DNA of 64,000 nucleotides, taken from positions 196,989,182 through 197,053,181 of the forward strand of contig NC_058135.1 of the NCBI RefSeq assembly GCF_016433145.1, read 5' to 3'. Made by a program: the position numbers and the translations under genes. Under the pieces are notes generated by a model that was not told the DNA's origin, ran no database searches, and saw only the letters and a program-made list of their open reading frames with translations. Positions within the stretch are counted from its first letter, which is position 1. Each line of letters opens with the position of its first letter. Below are positions 12,860 to 24,026 of this stretch, in pieces. Source of the stretch: Gracilinanus agilis (lineage: Eukaryota).

Positions 12860-13985
12860 TAAAATAAATTTTATTTTTTCTTGATTACATGTTAACACAA
12901 TTTCTTTTTTTAAAGATTTTATTTCCCCAATTACATGGACTAATAATTTTTAACATATGTTTTCCAAAACTGTAATATTCAAACTGTATTCCTCTCTCTT
13001 CCCTTTACCACTCAGAGATGGTAAGCAATTTGATCTGGGACATATATTCAATAAAAATTCTTAATATTTATTTTCTAATGTTTTGCAAACCATGTTCACC
13101 TTTGCCATCCTAACCCTCTCCACTCCCCCAAGAAGGCATGTAATAGGTTGTACATATAACATATTTTATCACATAATGGATATTTCCATGTTTATCATGT
13201 TGTGAGAGAAGACGTATTACTTACATTAGATTGGTATATTTCAATTTGCATTTAGGCTCTGTCTGTTCCTTCTATAGGAATGGATATAATTTTTTTTTGT
13301 GAATCTGTTGGAGTTGTCATGGATCTTTGCCTTGTTAATAATTAAGTCCTTCACAGTTTTGCAATCATCAGATGTTGTTATTATTACTGCGTTCAACATC
13401 GTCCTGGTCTACTCACTTCTCATTTCATCACTTCAAATAAATCTTGCAGAGTGTTTTTATTTTGTGATCATTTTTTTTTGTCATTTCTTATAGAGGAATA
13501 GTATTCCATAACAAGCATATACCAGAACTAGTTCAGCCATTCTCCAGTTGATGATCATCTCTTCAATTTCCTTTCGCCACCACAAAAAGAGCTGCTATGC
13601 ACATTTTTGTACAGATAGGTTCTTTTCCCCTATCTTTAATCTCTTTGGGATTCAGACTTAATAATGGCCTTACTGGGTCAAAGGTTGTGCATAGCTTTAT
13701 GGCCCTTTGGGCATAGTTCCAGATTGGTCTTCAGAATGGTTATATCAGTTCACAGCTCTACCAGCAATGTTTTAGGGCTCAATTTTCCATATCCCTTCCA
13801 GAATTCATCATTTTCATTTTTTTTGTCATATTAGCCAGTTTGATGGGTGTGAAATGGTATCTCAGAGTTATTTTAAATTGCATTTCTCTATTCAGTAAGA
13901 TTTGGAGAACTTTTTTATAGGACTAAAGATAAATTTCATCTGAGAATTGCTTTTTCATGTCATTTGGCCATTTGTCAATATGGTA
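12860..13985 (-). mobile_element. Old marsupial L1 3' portion (3'UTR plus ORF2 C-terminus), degraded, with short L1 tails at the left end
   Basis: T-rich tails followed by antisense L1 ORF2 motifs, e.g. ctagttcagccattctccagttgatg, gagctgctatgcacatttttgtac and gtatctcagagttattttaaattgcatttctc. Confidence 0.75.
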
Positions 13986-14589
13986 TTGCTTTTAGAAAGA
14001 ATTAACACATCAGAAAGATGCTCATAATTACCTAACTGTTTATAACCAAGTCAAGTCAAGATTTTAAGGAATGGGGTATATGTACATTTATGTGTGGGTA
14101 AGGAATGAAATGTAACTCATTATTTTATAGTTATTTTCATAGCATTTACCCATTAAAAGTGAAGATAGGAACTAAGAATCACAAAAGTTACAGACACAAT
14201 TTTTACTGAAGAATCTTGTATTGAAGAAATAATTCTGGAAATAATTTTCAAATGTCTTTACATAAATAAAACATGTTTAATTTCATGGAAACCGGACTCA
14301 GAGTTGGGAAGAATCATAGAGGTCACAGCCTAGTCCAGACAAAAATCTAAAGCATTCAACATAACTATTATAAGTATTGTAACAGGGAACCCATCCTCTT
14401 AGATCACAGGATGTTTTTTAGTATTATAATAATTAAAAAATATTTTCCATATTACATGACAATACATTTTAATAATCATTTTATGACACTTTTAATCTTA
14501 TTTCTCTCTCGCTTCACCTTCCCCCTTCCAAAGAAGGCAGAGAATAGAATATATAGGAGATGATCATAAATTGTTTTTTGTAAATGACA

Positions 14590-14730
14590 TGTATGTAGAA
14601 AAATTATATCCTTTGTAATTCTATATTTTTTATTTTATGCATTTAAAACATAATTTCAAAACAAGACCCATAGACTTTACTAGATTGCCAAAGGGGTCCA
14701 TGGCACACACACAAATGATTAAGGAACTCT
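14590..14730. mobile_element. Possible ancient hAT-Charlie-type non-autonomous DNA transposon fragment
   Basis: Right end gattgccaaaggggtccatggcac...ttaaggaactct resembles Charlie-type termini (ggttaagaacccctg). The left TIR was not found. Confidence 0.35.
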
Positions 14731-15943
14731 CTCTTATAGACTTCTCATTCTATTTTAAATTACAAAAGACCTATTTATATATTTCATCCCATTGATTCAT
14801 TTGAAGAATGGTCTTTCAAATACACCAATAGAGAGATAAACACAAACACACACAAATGTATACATAGTGAAGGTGGACTGACTTGCTCCTAGGTAGCACA
14901 TTTAGTTAGGAGCAGATCCAGATGAAAATTCAGCTCTCTTAATTCCAAATTGACAAATCTGTCCACTCCTCAATTCTATGGTAGATAAATGCTTGGAAAT
15001 ATTCTAAGTGGGAGCCCCAGTACCTACCACACAACGGGTGCTTAATGAATACGAATTGACTTATTTAAGAGATATGAAATACAGGTTATGTTTTAGTGCT
15101 GGAGATAGAGTAGTTACCTTTGTTATTGTTGTATCACTCCTCCCCAATTCTTTGTTTCAATTTATACATGAGCTGAGTGTTTGAATTGGTCACATAGAAT
15201 ATCTTACACTTTGGCACATTCTGTTCTCAATATTATTTTGTTTCCAACCATGCCTCCTTTAGACAGGATACCAGTATCCACAGATCTTAGGACAGTACTT
15301 GTTTTGTGAGGGAACAATTCTCTCTCCTTCACACAAACACACATGGAGATCAAGCTATGGCATGTTTATGGATTCTGAGTCTCCTAGAGGGAATTAAGGT
15401 AAACACAATTTTATAGTGCAGCTTTCAATTAGCCACAGCTAATGGAAAAGTGTCTTGGTATGAATTACTAACATCTAGAGATAATTTGAAAATTTTAGTC
15501 TCAATTCATAGTATTTATTAAGCTGATAATTTAACTGTGTCTTTCTAATCAAGAAATGCAAATCATTTACTTAGCTTACTGAAAAAATATAACTCTGCAA
15601 ATAATTTTTAAATAACAAAGCTATGGCGACCGCTTAAGGAATTAATTTTTTTCCTCCAGGGTTTGTCATTTTTATTTAGGGATTTCATTTTAATGTTTTA
15701 CTTTGTGAGTTCCACTTCATATGAGTTTGCTACCTTAATGGTTTTTAGGAATGATAAAAGGCTTCCAAGTAGTTGCAAAAATGTATTAAAACAATTCATT
15801 TTCATGTTTTCATTTTGAGATCCAAAAATTGGCACTCCAGATTTATGTGTTTGAGTTTTGTTTCTTCTCTCATCTGATTCTTTTCTCCTGGTAGAAATGC
15901 TAATGAACAAACCTTAGTTCACACTACTATATATATGTAAATA

Positions 15944-17134
15944 TTTTATTTTTTTATAAACATTATTCATGGTTGCATGATTCTTGTTTTTATTTTCCCC
16001 TTCACCCCATAGCCAATGTGCATTTCCACTTGTTTTAACATATGTGATCAATCAAGACTTATTTACATATTATTGATAGTTGCTTTGGTGTGGTCCTTTA
16101 GTGTCTACATCCCCAACCAAGCCCGCCTCAACCCATGTGTTCAAGTGGTTGTTTCTCTTCTGTGTTTCCACTCCTATAGTTCTTCCTCTGAATGTGGGTA
16201 GAGTTCTTTACCATAAATCTCTCAGAATTGTCCTGGGTAATTGCATTGCTGCTAGTACTGAAGTCCATTACATTCTATTTTACCACAGTGTATTGGTCTC
16301 TGTGTACAATGTTCTTCTGGCTCTGCTCCTTTCACTCTGCATCAATTCCTGGAGGTCTTTCCAGTTCACATGGAATTCCTCCAATTTATTATTCCTTTGA
16401 GCACAATAGTATTCCATCACCAGCATATACCACAATTTGTTCAGCCATTCCCAATTGACAGGCATCCATTCGTTTTCCAGTTTTTTGCCACTACAAAAAG
16501 CGCGGCAAAAAATATTTTTGTACAAGTCTGTTTAATCTATGATCTCTTTGGGGTACAAACCCAACAATGGTATGGCTGGATCAAAGGGCGGGCAGTCTTT
16601 TATAGCCCTTTGAGCATAGTTCCAAATTGCCAGCCAGAATGGCTGGATCAGTTCACAACTCCACCAGCAATGTATTAATGTGCAGTTTTGCCACATCCCC
16701 TCCAACATTCATTACTCTCCCCTGCTATCATTTTAGCCAATCTGCTAGGTGTGAGGTGATACCTCAGAGTTGTTTGATTTGCATTTCTCTAATTATTAGA
16801 GATTTAGAACACTTTCTCATGTGTTTGTTGATACTTTTGATTTCTTTATCTGAAAATTGCCTATTCATGTCCCTTGCCCATTTATCAATTGGGGAATGGC
16901 TTGATTTTTTATACAATTGATTTAGCTCCTTGTTTATTTGAGTAATTAGACCTCTGTCAGAGTTTTTTGTTATTAAGATTTTTTTCTGTTTGTTGTTTCC
17001 TTTCTGATTTTGGTTGCATTGTTTTTGTTTGTGCAAAACCTTTTTAATTTAATATAATCAAAATTTATTTTACATTTTGTAATTTTTTCTAACTCTTGCT
17101 TGGTTTTAAAATCTTCCCTTTCCAATAGATCTGA
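15944..17134 (-). mobile_element. Relatively young 5'-truncated opossum-type L1 (3'UTR plus ORF2 C-terminus)
   Basis: Poly-T tail at ~15944. Minus-strand ORFs 16280-16525 (WLNKLWYMLVMEYYCAQRNNKLEEF...) and 16764-17036 (SDRGLITQINKELNQLYKK...KWARDMNRQFS...IREMQIK) match the L1 ORF2p C-terminal region. Confidence 0.9.
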
Positions 17135-17215
17135 GATAAATCAGAATGGATGAATGACTTGAATATAAAGAAGGAAACTATAAGAAAATTAGGGGAACAT
17201 AAAATAATATACCTT
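17135..17215 (+). mobile_element. Inverted 5' segment of the same L1 (twin-priming inversion)
   Basis: Sense-strand ORF2 peptide EWMNDLNIKKETIRKLGEHKIIYL is the segment immediately upstream of SDLLEREDFKTKQELEK, where the minus-strand part ends at 17134. Confidence 0.8.
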
Positions 17216-17649
17216 ATATTACTATATTTTATATGACATTCCTTTCAAAGTATACTATTCTCTGTCCCATGAACTTGATTTTCTAAGTTGCCTCTGGGTT
17301 TTCACATTAATCACACTCTTTTTCTAGAATATCTGCTCCTGAGAATCCTTACCTTTCTTCAAGGCTCAACTTAAATACCACTTCTGTGAAACCTTTCCTA
17401 ATAGCTACCCATAACAAGCTCTCTCCCCAATCTCCAGTTTCGGGTACTTTTTCCACCAAGATATTGTGGATTTTCTCATTTATAGGCACATTATATTCTC
17501 CAAATTATATTTAAGCTCCATGAGGGTAGGAACTATCTTCTTTTTGTCTTTGTCTCATGTACCTATTAAAACTTGACCAGGGGTAGAGGTTTCTTAGGGA
17601 AACACAGGGGATTAAAACACATGTTTAAATCTATTCTAAACTTAGATCC

Positions 17650-19964
17650 TTCAAATTCATTGTTATGTTTTATTCTCTATAATCCAAATTGAGGAAATTA
17701 TATGAATCATTATTGTCTTATTCCCCTTGTACTTCTCTTTAGGGTAAGATAGAATTCTATACACCACTGAGAAGGGTAAGATAGAATTCTTTATCCCACT
17801 GAGTATACTTGTTTTACTCTCTCTGAGCCCTTTAAGATGAGAGTAAAGTTTAAGCATTGCCCTGTCACTACCCTTATCCTCCCCTTTCTATAATGATTTT
17901 TCACACCTCTTTATGCTATATAATTTACCCCATTCTATCTCTCCCTTCCCTTTTCTCTCAGTGCAACCCTCTCTTAGCCCTTGATTGATTTTTTTTACAT
18001 ATCATTCATATACATACATATATCATACATATATATCATTCCATATCATCACATTTACATATATATCATATCATTATAATCAGCTTACTTCTCCACCCTC
18101 TTTCTGAGTAAATTCCTTCTACACTTCTACTAAGAAAATTTTTCTAAGTTATAGAAATCCTCTTTCCATGTAGACATAGAAATATTTTGATCTTAATGAG
18201 TCCCTTAAATTTTCTTTTTCTTATTTACCTTTTTGAGATTCTCTTGCGTTTGGACTTCAAATTTTTTGTTTAGGTCTGGCTTATTCCTCAGGAATGCTTG
18301 GAAATCTTCTATATTATTGAATGTCCATTTTTACCCCTGAAAGAATATATTCAGTTTTGTTGGATAGGTGACTCTGTGATGTAAACCTAAATCTTTTGCC
18401 TTCCTGAATATCATATTCCATGCCTTTTGATCATTTAATGTAGAAGCCAATAGGTCCTGTGTGATCCTGATTATAGCTGCATGGTATTTGAATGGTTTCC
18501 TTCTGGCTGCTTGAATTAATTTTTCCTTGGCATGATGGCTTTTGAATTTAGTTATTACATTCCTGGAAGGTGTCAATTGAGGATTTCTTTCTGGAGGTGA
18601 TCTCTTAATTCTTTCAATTTCAATTTTATTTTCTTGTTTGAGGATCTCAGGTCAGTTATCTTTGATAATTTATTGTAATATAATATCCAAGGTTTTTTCC
18701 TGCTCGTGGCTCTCAGGTAGTACAATAATTCTCAAATTGTCTGTCCTGGATCTATTTTCTAAATCAGTTGTTTTCTCAATAAGATATTTTATGTTTTCCT
18801 CTATTTTTTCATTCCTTTGATTTTGCTTTATTGTTTCTTGATTTCTCATGAAATCATTAGTTTCTACATGGTCAGCTCTGATTTTTAAGGCCTGATATTC
18901 TTCTGTCAGTTTTTCATTCTCCTTTTTCAATTGGCCCATTTCTTTTCTTTCTCCCTGCATCACTTTCATTTCTTTCTCTACTTTTCTTCTGCCTATCTAA
19001 ATTGGTCTTTGAAGTTCTTTTTGAGTTCTTCCAGAATCTATGTCCAATCTGTGTTTTGCTTTTGGACTTTGGATGTGTTTCCTTTGCTTTCACTGTCTCC
19101 TTCTGTGTCTACACCTTGTTTTTTGGTTTTATAAAAATTCTTTAGAGTTAGGAGCTTTTTTATTTGCTTATTTTTCCTATCTAATTATAGGTAGGTTTGG
19201 GGTGATGATGTGATGGTCTGAGGGCTGAGAACTCTGAGAGATTCCCTCCCCCTGCTGATTCAATTGATGCTTGTGATGCTGATAGCTTAAAGACTTGCCT
19301 CAGCCTTAGGTTGTAAGCTTTTTATCTCACTCTGATCTTGATCAAGATCAGGGGGTTGGTCAAATTCTAGCCTCAGACTTAGTCTCAAGTTTTTGGTCTC
19401 ACTGTGTACTTGATCTAATCAGGCACACCCTTGATTGTTCTGTTTTGGATCTTCTCTCTGAGCTTTAGGCAAGAAGAATAGTACTTTGTACTTAGTACTA
19501 TCTTCTACCCCAAGGTGTGAAGTAAGTCCTTGTCCCAAGATCAGACTAGAATTCCCTGGGCTGGGGTTCTGGACTTCTCCACAGGTTTGAAATTTCAAGA
19601 GGTATGTACCTCTATTTGCTCAGGGAGTGTCTCAGGGTTTGGAGGTGTGCTCAGGCATAGGTTCCTGAACCTTGGACAACAGATGTAGGGTGTGAGGGTG
19701 TGGCTTGCTCTTGGCTTCCTCTTCCCTCCTTGCTACAGCTTCTTTCTGGATTTGTTTTCCTCTCACCCCATGCCCCAGATGTTCATTGCCTTCCTTTTGG
19801 GTTTTTCTTTTCTTGAAAAGTTGTTTCATTCTGTCTCCTTGTTGGTTCTTTCACTCCTGTATTCGTTTTGTAGTGATATTTTAGTTTTCGTTGGGATGGA
19901 TTCTCATGGAGGCACAGAACTGCTAAGAATTACTCTGTCATCTTGGTTCCACACCCCAGAAGTC
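17650..19964 (-). mobile_element. Old L1 5' half: 5'UTR, degraded ORF1 and inter-ORF region, with ORF2 absent
   Basis: Minus-strand ORFs 18670-18969 (coiled coil; DLENRSRTDNLRIIVLPES) and 18331-18576 (RNVITKF...RITQDL...WNMIFRKAKDLGL...TYPTKL) match L1 ORF1p. The 5' terminus reads GACTTCTGGGG...AAGATGAC on the minus strand from 19964, like L1 5' ends with a decayed YY1-type AAGATGGC. Left boundary approximate. Confidence 0.85.
17741..17804 (+). repeat. 32-bp tandem duplication (2 units)
   Basis: agggtaagatagaattctatacaccactgaga followed by agggtaagatagaattctttatcccactgagt. Confidence 0.9.
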
Positions 19965-20972
19965 ATGTTACTGTCCAACAATAACTATAATGCACATATA
20001 AGTTATCCCTTATAGATATGAACTCTTCATTGAAAAATGGAAGGAAAATAAATTTCATATCAAGAAAAAGGGATGCAAAGTATTCCCCCATTTTCTATTT
20101 GGATAAGTTTGGCTGCTGAAAGGGACAGTAAAAAAATTACTTTTTTGAAAAACTGATAAAATAAAAAAGCAAAGAAGCATAGTTTTTCAGATATGGAGAG
20201 ACCTGGGCTGTTAGTGGATCAGTTATAGTAAATGTAACTAGAAGAACTTTTTGAGGGAAGAAAAATAACTTTAGGGCATCTGTAGTCTCTCAACTCATTT
20301 GCATGTGAATGTTTTTAGCATTTGCAAGACAAAATTTGACAGTGTCAATCAAATAAATGTTCAGAAACTTGGAGAAGATTAAGGGCTATTGGTTCTGTAA
20401 TGGAAAAGGAATTTCATGAATTTCACTTCATGAGTAAAATGTTAATTACTAACCATAAGAGAATGCTTCAAAAGACTGTAAAGTAGTAAAGAAGCTGAAT
20501 TAAGAAAGGGGTAGGATAGAAAGATTTTAGCTATTGGAATAGGAGCTTGGTGATCAATTGGGGGAAGACTGGAATATAGCTGAATTTAGGGAATGTTATG
20601 TTGCTTAGAGATCTAATCTCAAGAGTTTAGCTATGAATGGTTTGTTATAAGAAGATGCTGAGAGGTGATTGGACAAAGCAAAACTGTTGAGCGAAGAGCT
20701 TCCTGCATTTGTATACCTTACTGGAGGAACCAACCTGAGAAGTAGGTTTAAAAGAGTTGTGTGTCACTAAAATAGTTTAACACTTTCTCAGAATCCTTTT
20801 AAGGGTGTTTGTGAGTTAAAAAAAAAAGTTTCTTACCACTTCATCAATTATCGAACAAAAGAGGAGAGGATTGGCTCAGCAAAAGAGAAATAAGGACTTG
20901 AAGGGGAACAGTTAGAGAAGTAACTTCATGAAGTATGGCTTATTCCAAAAGGGAGCAAAGTTATCAAGACCT

Positions 20973-21538
20973 TGTCAACTGGTTTTTCTGCAAGTTTAAG
21001 TTGTTTTCCCCTGCCCCTTCAGAACTCAAATACCAGGCACACATGTTTTGGACTGAACTATATACGTTGAAGTATTTAGTGACCCCAGTTTGGATGGGAC
21101 TGCTAGGCAGAGTCAAAGGTTGAGTACCCTTATTTGTCTTAGTAGCTTCTCCCATCATTTAAAGTCCTCTCTCAGAAAGCCTGGTTTTTGGTTTGACCTT
21201 TACCTTTTGTATTTATAGTAGTTGACCTCTCCCTGATGCCCCAGCTGATGACTGCAACCTCTTTACAGCTTACTTATAGCATGTCTATGCATGCTTGCTG
21301 TACCAAGTTCTCCAGAGGGTATAAAAGACCCCCAAGTACTATCACTCTTTGGAGAATCATCTCATGTAGGGCATTCTCCTAGGGATTCTGTTCCCAGAGC
21401 CCCAGAGCCCTTGGCTTTGTGTGGCTTTTAGGAGCTTGACTTTGTTAGGTGGCTGAATATTGAACACTATCTCTTTCCTGATTAAAGACAAGGTTTTTCT
21501 GACAACTTTAGTAGTTCTGTGTTATTTTCAAGTTAACA
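20973..21538 (+). mobile_element. ERV solo LTR, family B (second copy)
   Basis: TG...CA termini with an exact TSD ACCT (20969-20972, 21539-21542). TATA gtataaaag at ~21320 and ATTAAA at 21481. Homologous to the reverse complement of 7519-8094. Confidence 0.9.
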
Positions 21539-21937
21539 ACCTATTGAACATATTTGTTGGTACTCCGGACAATATGGGTTTTCTCCTATATTTTTCTGTT
21601 AGATAATGGTATGTCTACTTTCCCTCACGGATACTGTGTACATTTTTTGGGAGAGTATAATCATGTTTATGGATTTTCTATAATGTATTAATTATTCACA
21701 CTTTATTTACTCATAAGTAAATGTACTTATATTTAGTAACTAATTGTATCCCTGTAATTGATTTTGCAAGAAAGGAGGACACACTAGTTGTGTTTCAGAC
21801 ACAACAGTGACAAGTAATAGGAATATAACTGCCACACAACAGGGTTACCTTTAGGAACCTAATAGAGTTTAAGTCATAGTCATGTAGGGCTTCTTCTCTG
21901 TGAACCATAAATCTGTCAATGTGACGACAGCCTAGGT

Positions 21938-22293
21938 TGTTGATGGCAAACCTATGACACACGTGTCAGCACTGACACATGTAGCCATTTTCGATGACAC
22001 GCGGCCACATGCAGTCACATTCAGAGAAGTTTGGGGCCGCATGCTGAGGATGAAACATTTGCTATAATGTAGTGTAGACACTCTGTACAATATAGATGAC
22101 AATTCTACCTATATTAATTTACCTATTTTGGTTTACTAAATACAGTTATATATTGCAATTATACATTTTTGTTATTTAAACTATAAATATAACAAAATTA
22201 TCCTTTTTTTTCTCGAAGTGACACATCACCTGAGTTATGCTCATTCTTTTGGCTAATTCTGACACATTAAGCTCAAAAGGTTGCCCATTACTG
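21938..22293. mobile_element. Non-autonomous hAT-Charlie DNA transposon, OC1/OposCharlie1-like
   Basis: Imperfect 16-bp TIRs (tgttgatggcaaacct; aggttgcccattactg), an 8-bp TSD gcctaggt/gcctagat (Charlie-type NTCTAGAN-like target) and subterminal TGACAC repeats at both ends. The family name is from recalled consensus. Confidence 0.75.
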
Positions 22294-23838
22294 GCCTAGA
22301 TGAATGTGTTAGGCCATAGATCAAGAGTGGTGGCCAATCACTACACAAAGTGTGCTATACAAAGTTTTAATTTGAATGCATATTTTTTAAAGGTTTATTT
22401 TACTTTGACTGGACCTATAATTTTATTCATCAGGATTCTAGAATCCCCTTTGTGTAAACACCTTTAGCCAACACAGTTTGACTGCTCTTCCATAAATTAC
22501 AGACTTGGAGAGTTGCTTGGGGTCACTGAGAACAAAAATGGCTTGACTCTGGTCACACAGCCAATATTTTTCAGTGGTCAGACTTGAATTATCACCGTCC
22601 TGAAACCTGCTATCTTTTATCCTTTGATCCTTTTGATACAAAGCACCATAATATGTTTAAAATGCTAGGCTAACACAGTGGAGGTAGAAATGATCTTTAG
22701 GGGAGTTTTGGTTGTTTTTGTAGAAACCTTCTTATTGCTTGCTACAATGACATCTAGCCAGTTCATCCAGTAAAGATGGCACCCTTAAGATCTCTTGCAT
22801 AGATATAACATTATCATGATACCATAGGAAGAAAACTCCAGCCATTTTGCAATAGTATTTGGAGTGAATAGGATGGGAGAAGTCAAAGAACCACATGTGG
22901 CAATTGTGGAGAGTCATATTTTGTGACACTAAATGAAAACTGAAATCATAAACACAAAATGTCAACATTTCAGTCACCTTTTACTCAAAAAATAATCCCT
23001 TTTAGGATTTTCTCCACCCATTGCTTGAAGATTCATTGTGTGGGGAGGGATTCTGTTGTTTCATTTTGGCCATGTGGGTTAAAGAACTGTATCCCAAAGA
23101 AACCCACTTTTCAATATCTGTAATTGTTAGAGATTTTACTATCAAATATATTTATATGTGTATATAAACATATATAAAGTTTCAAGTATGCTTGATAATA
23201 AAATGATTTTCAGTTATATCTTATACTCCCCTTTCCCATATGAGCTGCTTGCTATATTTACTAAATAGATGCATGAAGTTTTGGTTTTAGATAGAATTAA
23301 TTGCAGTATTATCCATAGAGGTTAAATAAGAAACAGCATAAATAGAATTCAAACAGCTTAATCATACCCCATAGTGAAAAAACACAATGAAGACAATAAC
23401 CCTTCTTGGGATTATTATTATGCCAGCAGTATGAGTCCACAACAGGAGTACACAAAATTCCATCTGGTATGTTTCACATACCCAAGCAGCAATTAGCTAG
23501 AGATATCATAGGGATGCTGCATTCCCTGCTGTGAAAGAAAATACATTATTTTCAAGTTTTCTTGCTCTAGTGCATTATTATCAAAGCCTAATTATTACTA
23601 ACTTTAAGAGGTCAACTTAGAGGTATCCTACATTTTCAAATTACCCAGAAAGTATAATTCAATCTTTCTCTATCTCTTGGCATCATGAAAAAAAATTTCC
23701 ATTTTTTATTAAAAAAAATTTGCTACAGTCTCCATATCTAGATCTCAGTACCTGAAAATCCATTTGCAAAATGAGAATAAATTGGATCATTCCATGATGT
23801 AATGCAATCAAGTTTTACTCCAGAAGACATGTTATCTA

Positions 23839-24026
23839 CAGCAATGATATCAAACTCAAATAAAAATGAAGGCCTATAAACTCTATGTAAGGATCTCTGT
23901 GTGCAGCATATTGACTTATAAAATGCATTATATATGTTTCATGATATTTTATTTATTTGTTAAATATTTCCCAATTACATTCCAATTCATCCTAAAAGGG
24001 TCATTTGGCATGTATTTGATCCCTCT
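23839..24026. mobile_element. Possible ancient hAT non-autonomous element
   Basis: Starts cagcaatgatatcaaactcaaata and ends catgtatttgatccctct, resembling degenerate tcaaac/gtttga hAT termini. No clear TSD. Confidence 0.35.

Noticed and set aside
16016-16920. Cluster of overlapping plus-strand ORFs up to 106 aa
   Set aside because: Antisense reading of L1 ORF2/3'UTR, not host genes.
22745-22820. Plus-frame peptide LASSSSKDGTLKI resembling a WD40 motif
   Set aside because: Bounded by stops, lacks the WD dipeptide and good splice sites; too short to call.
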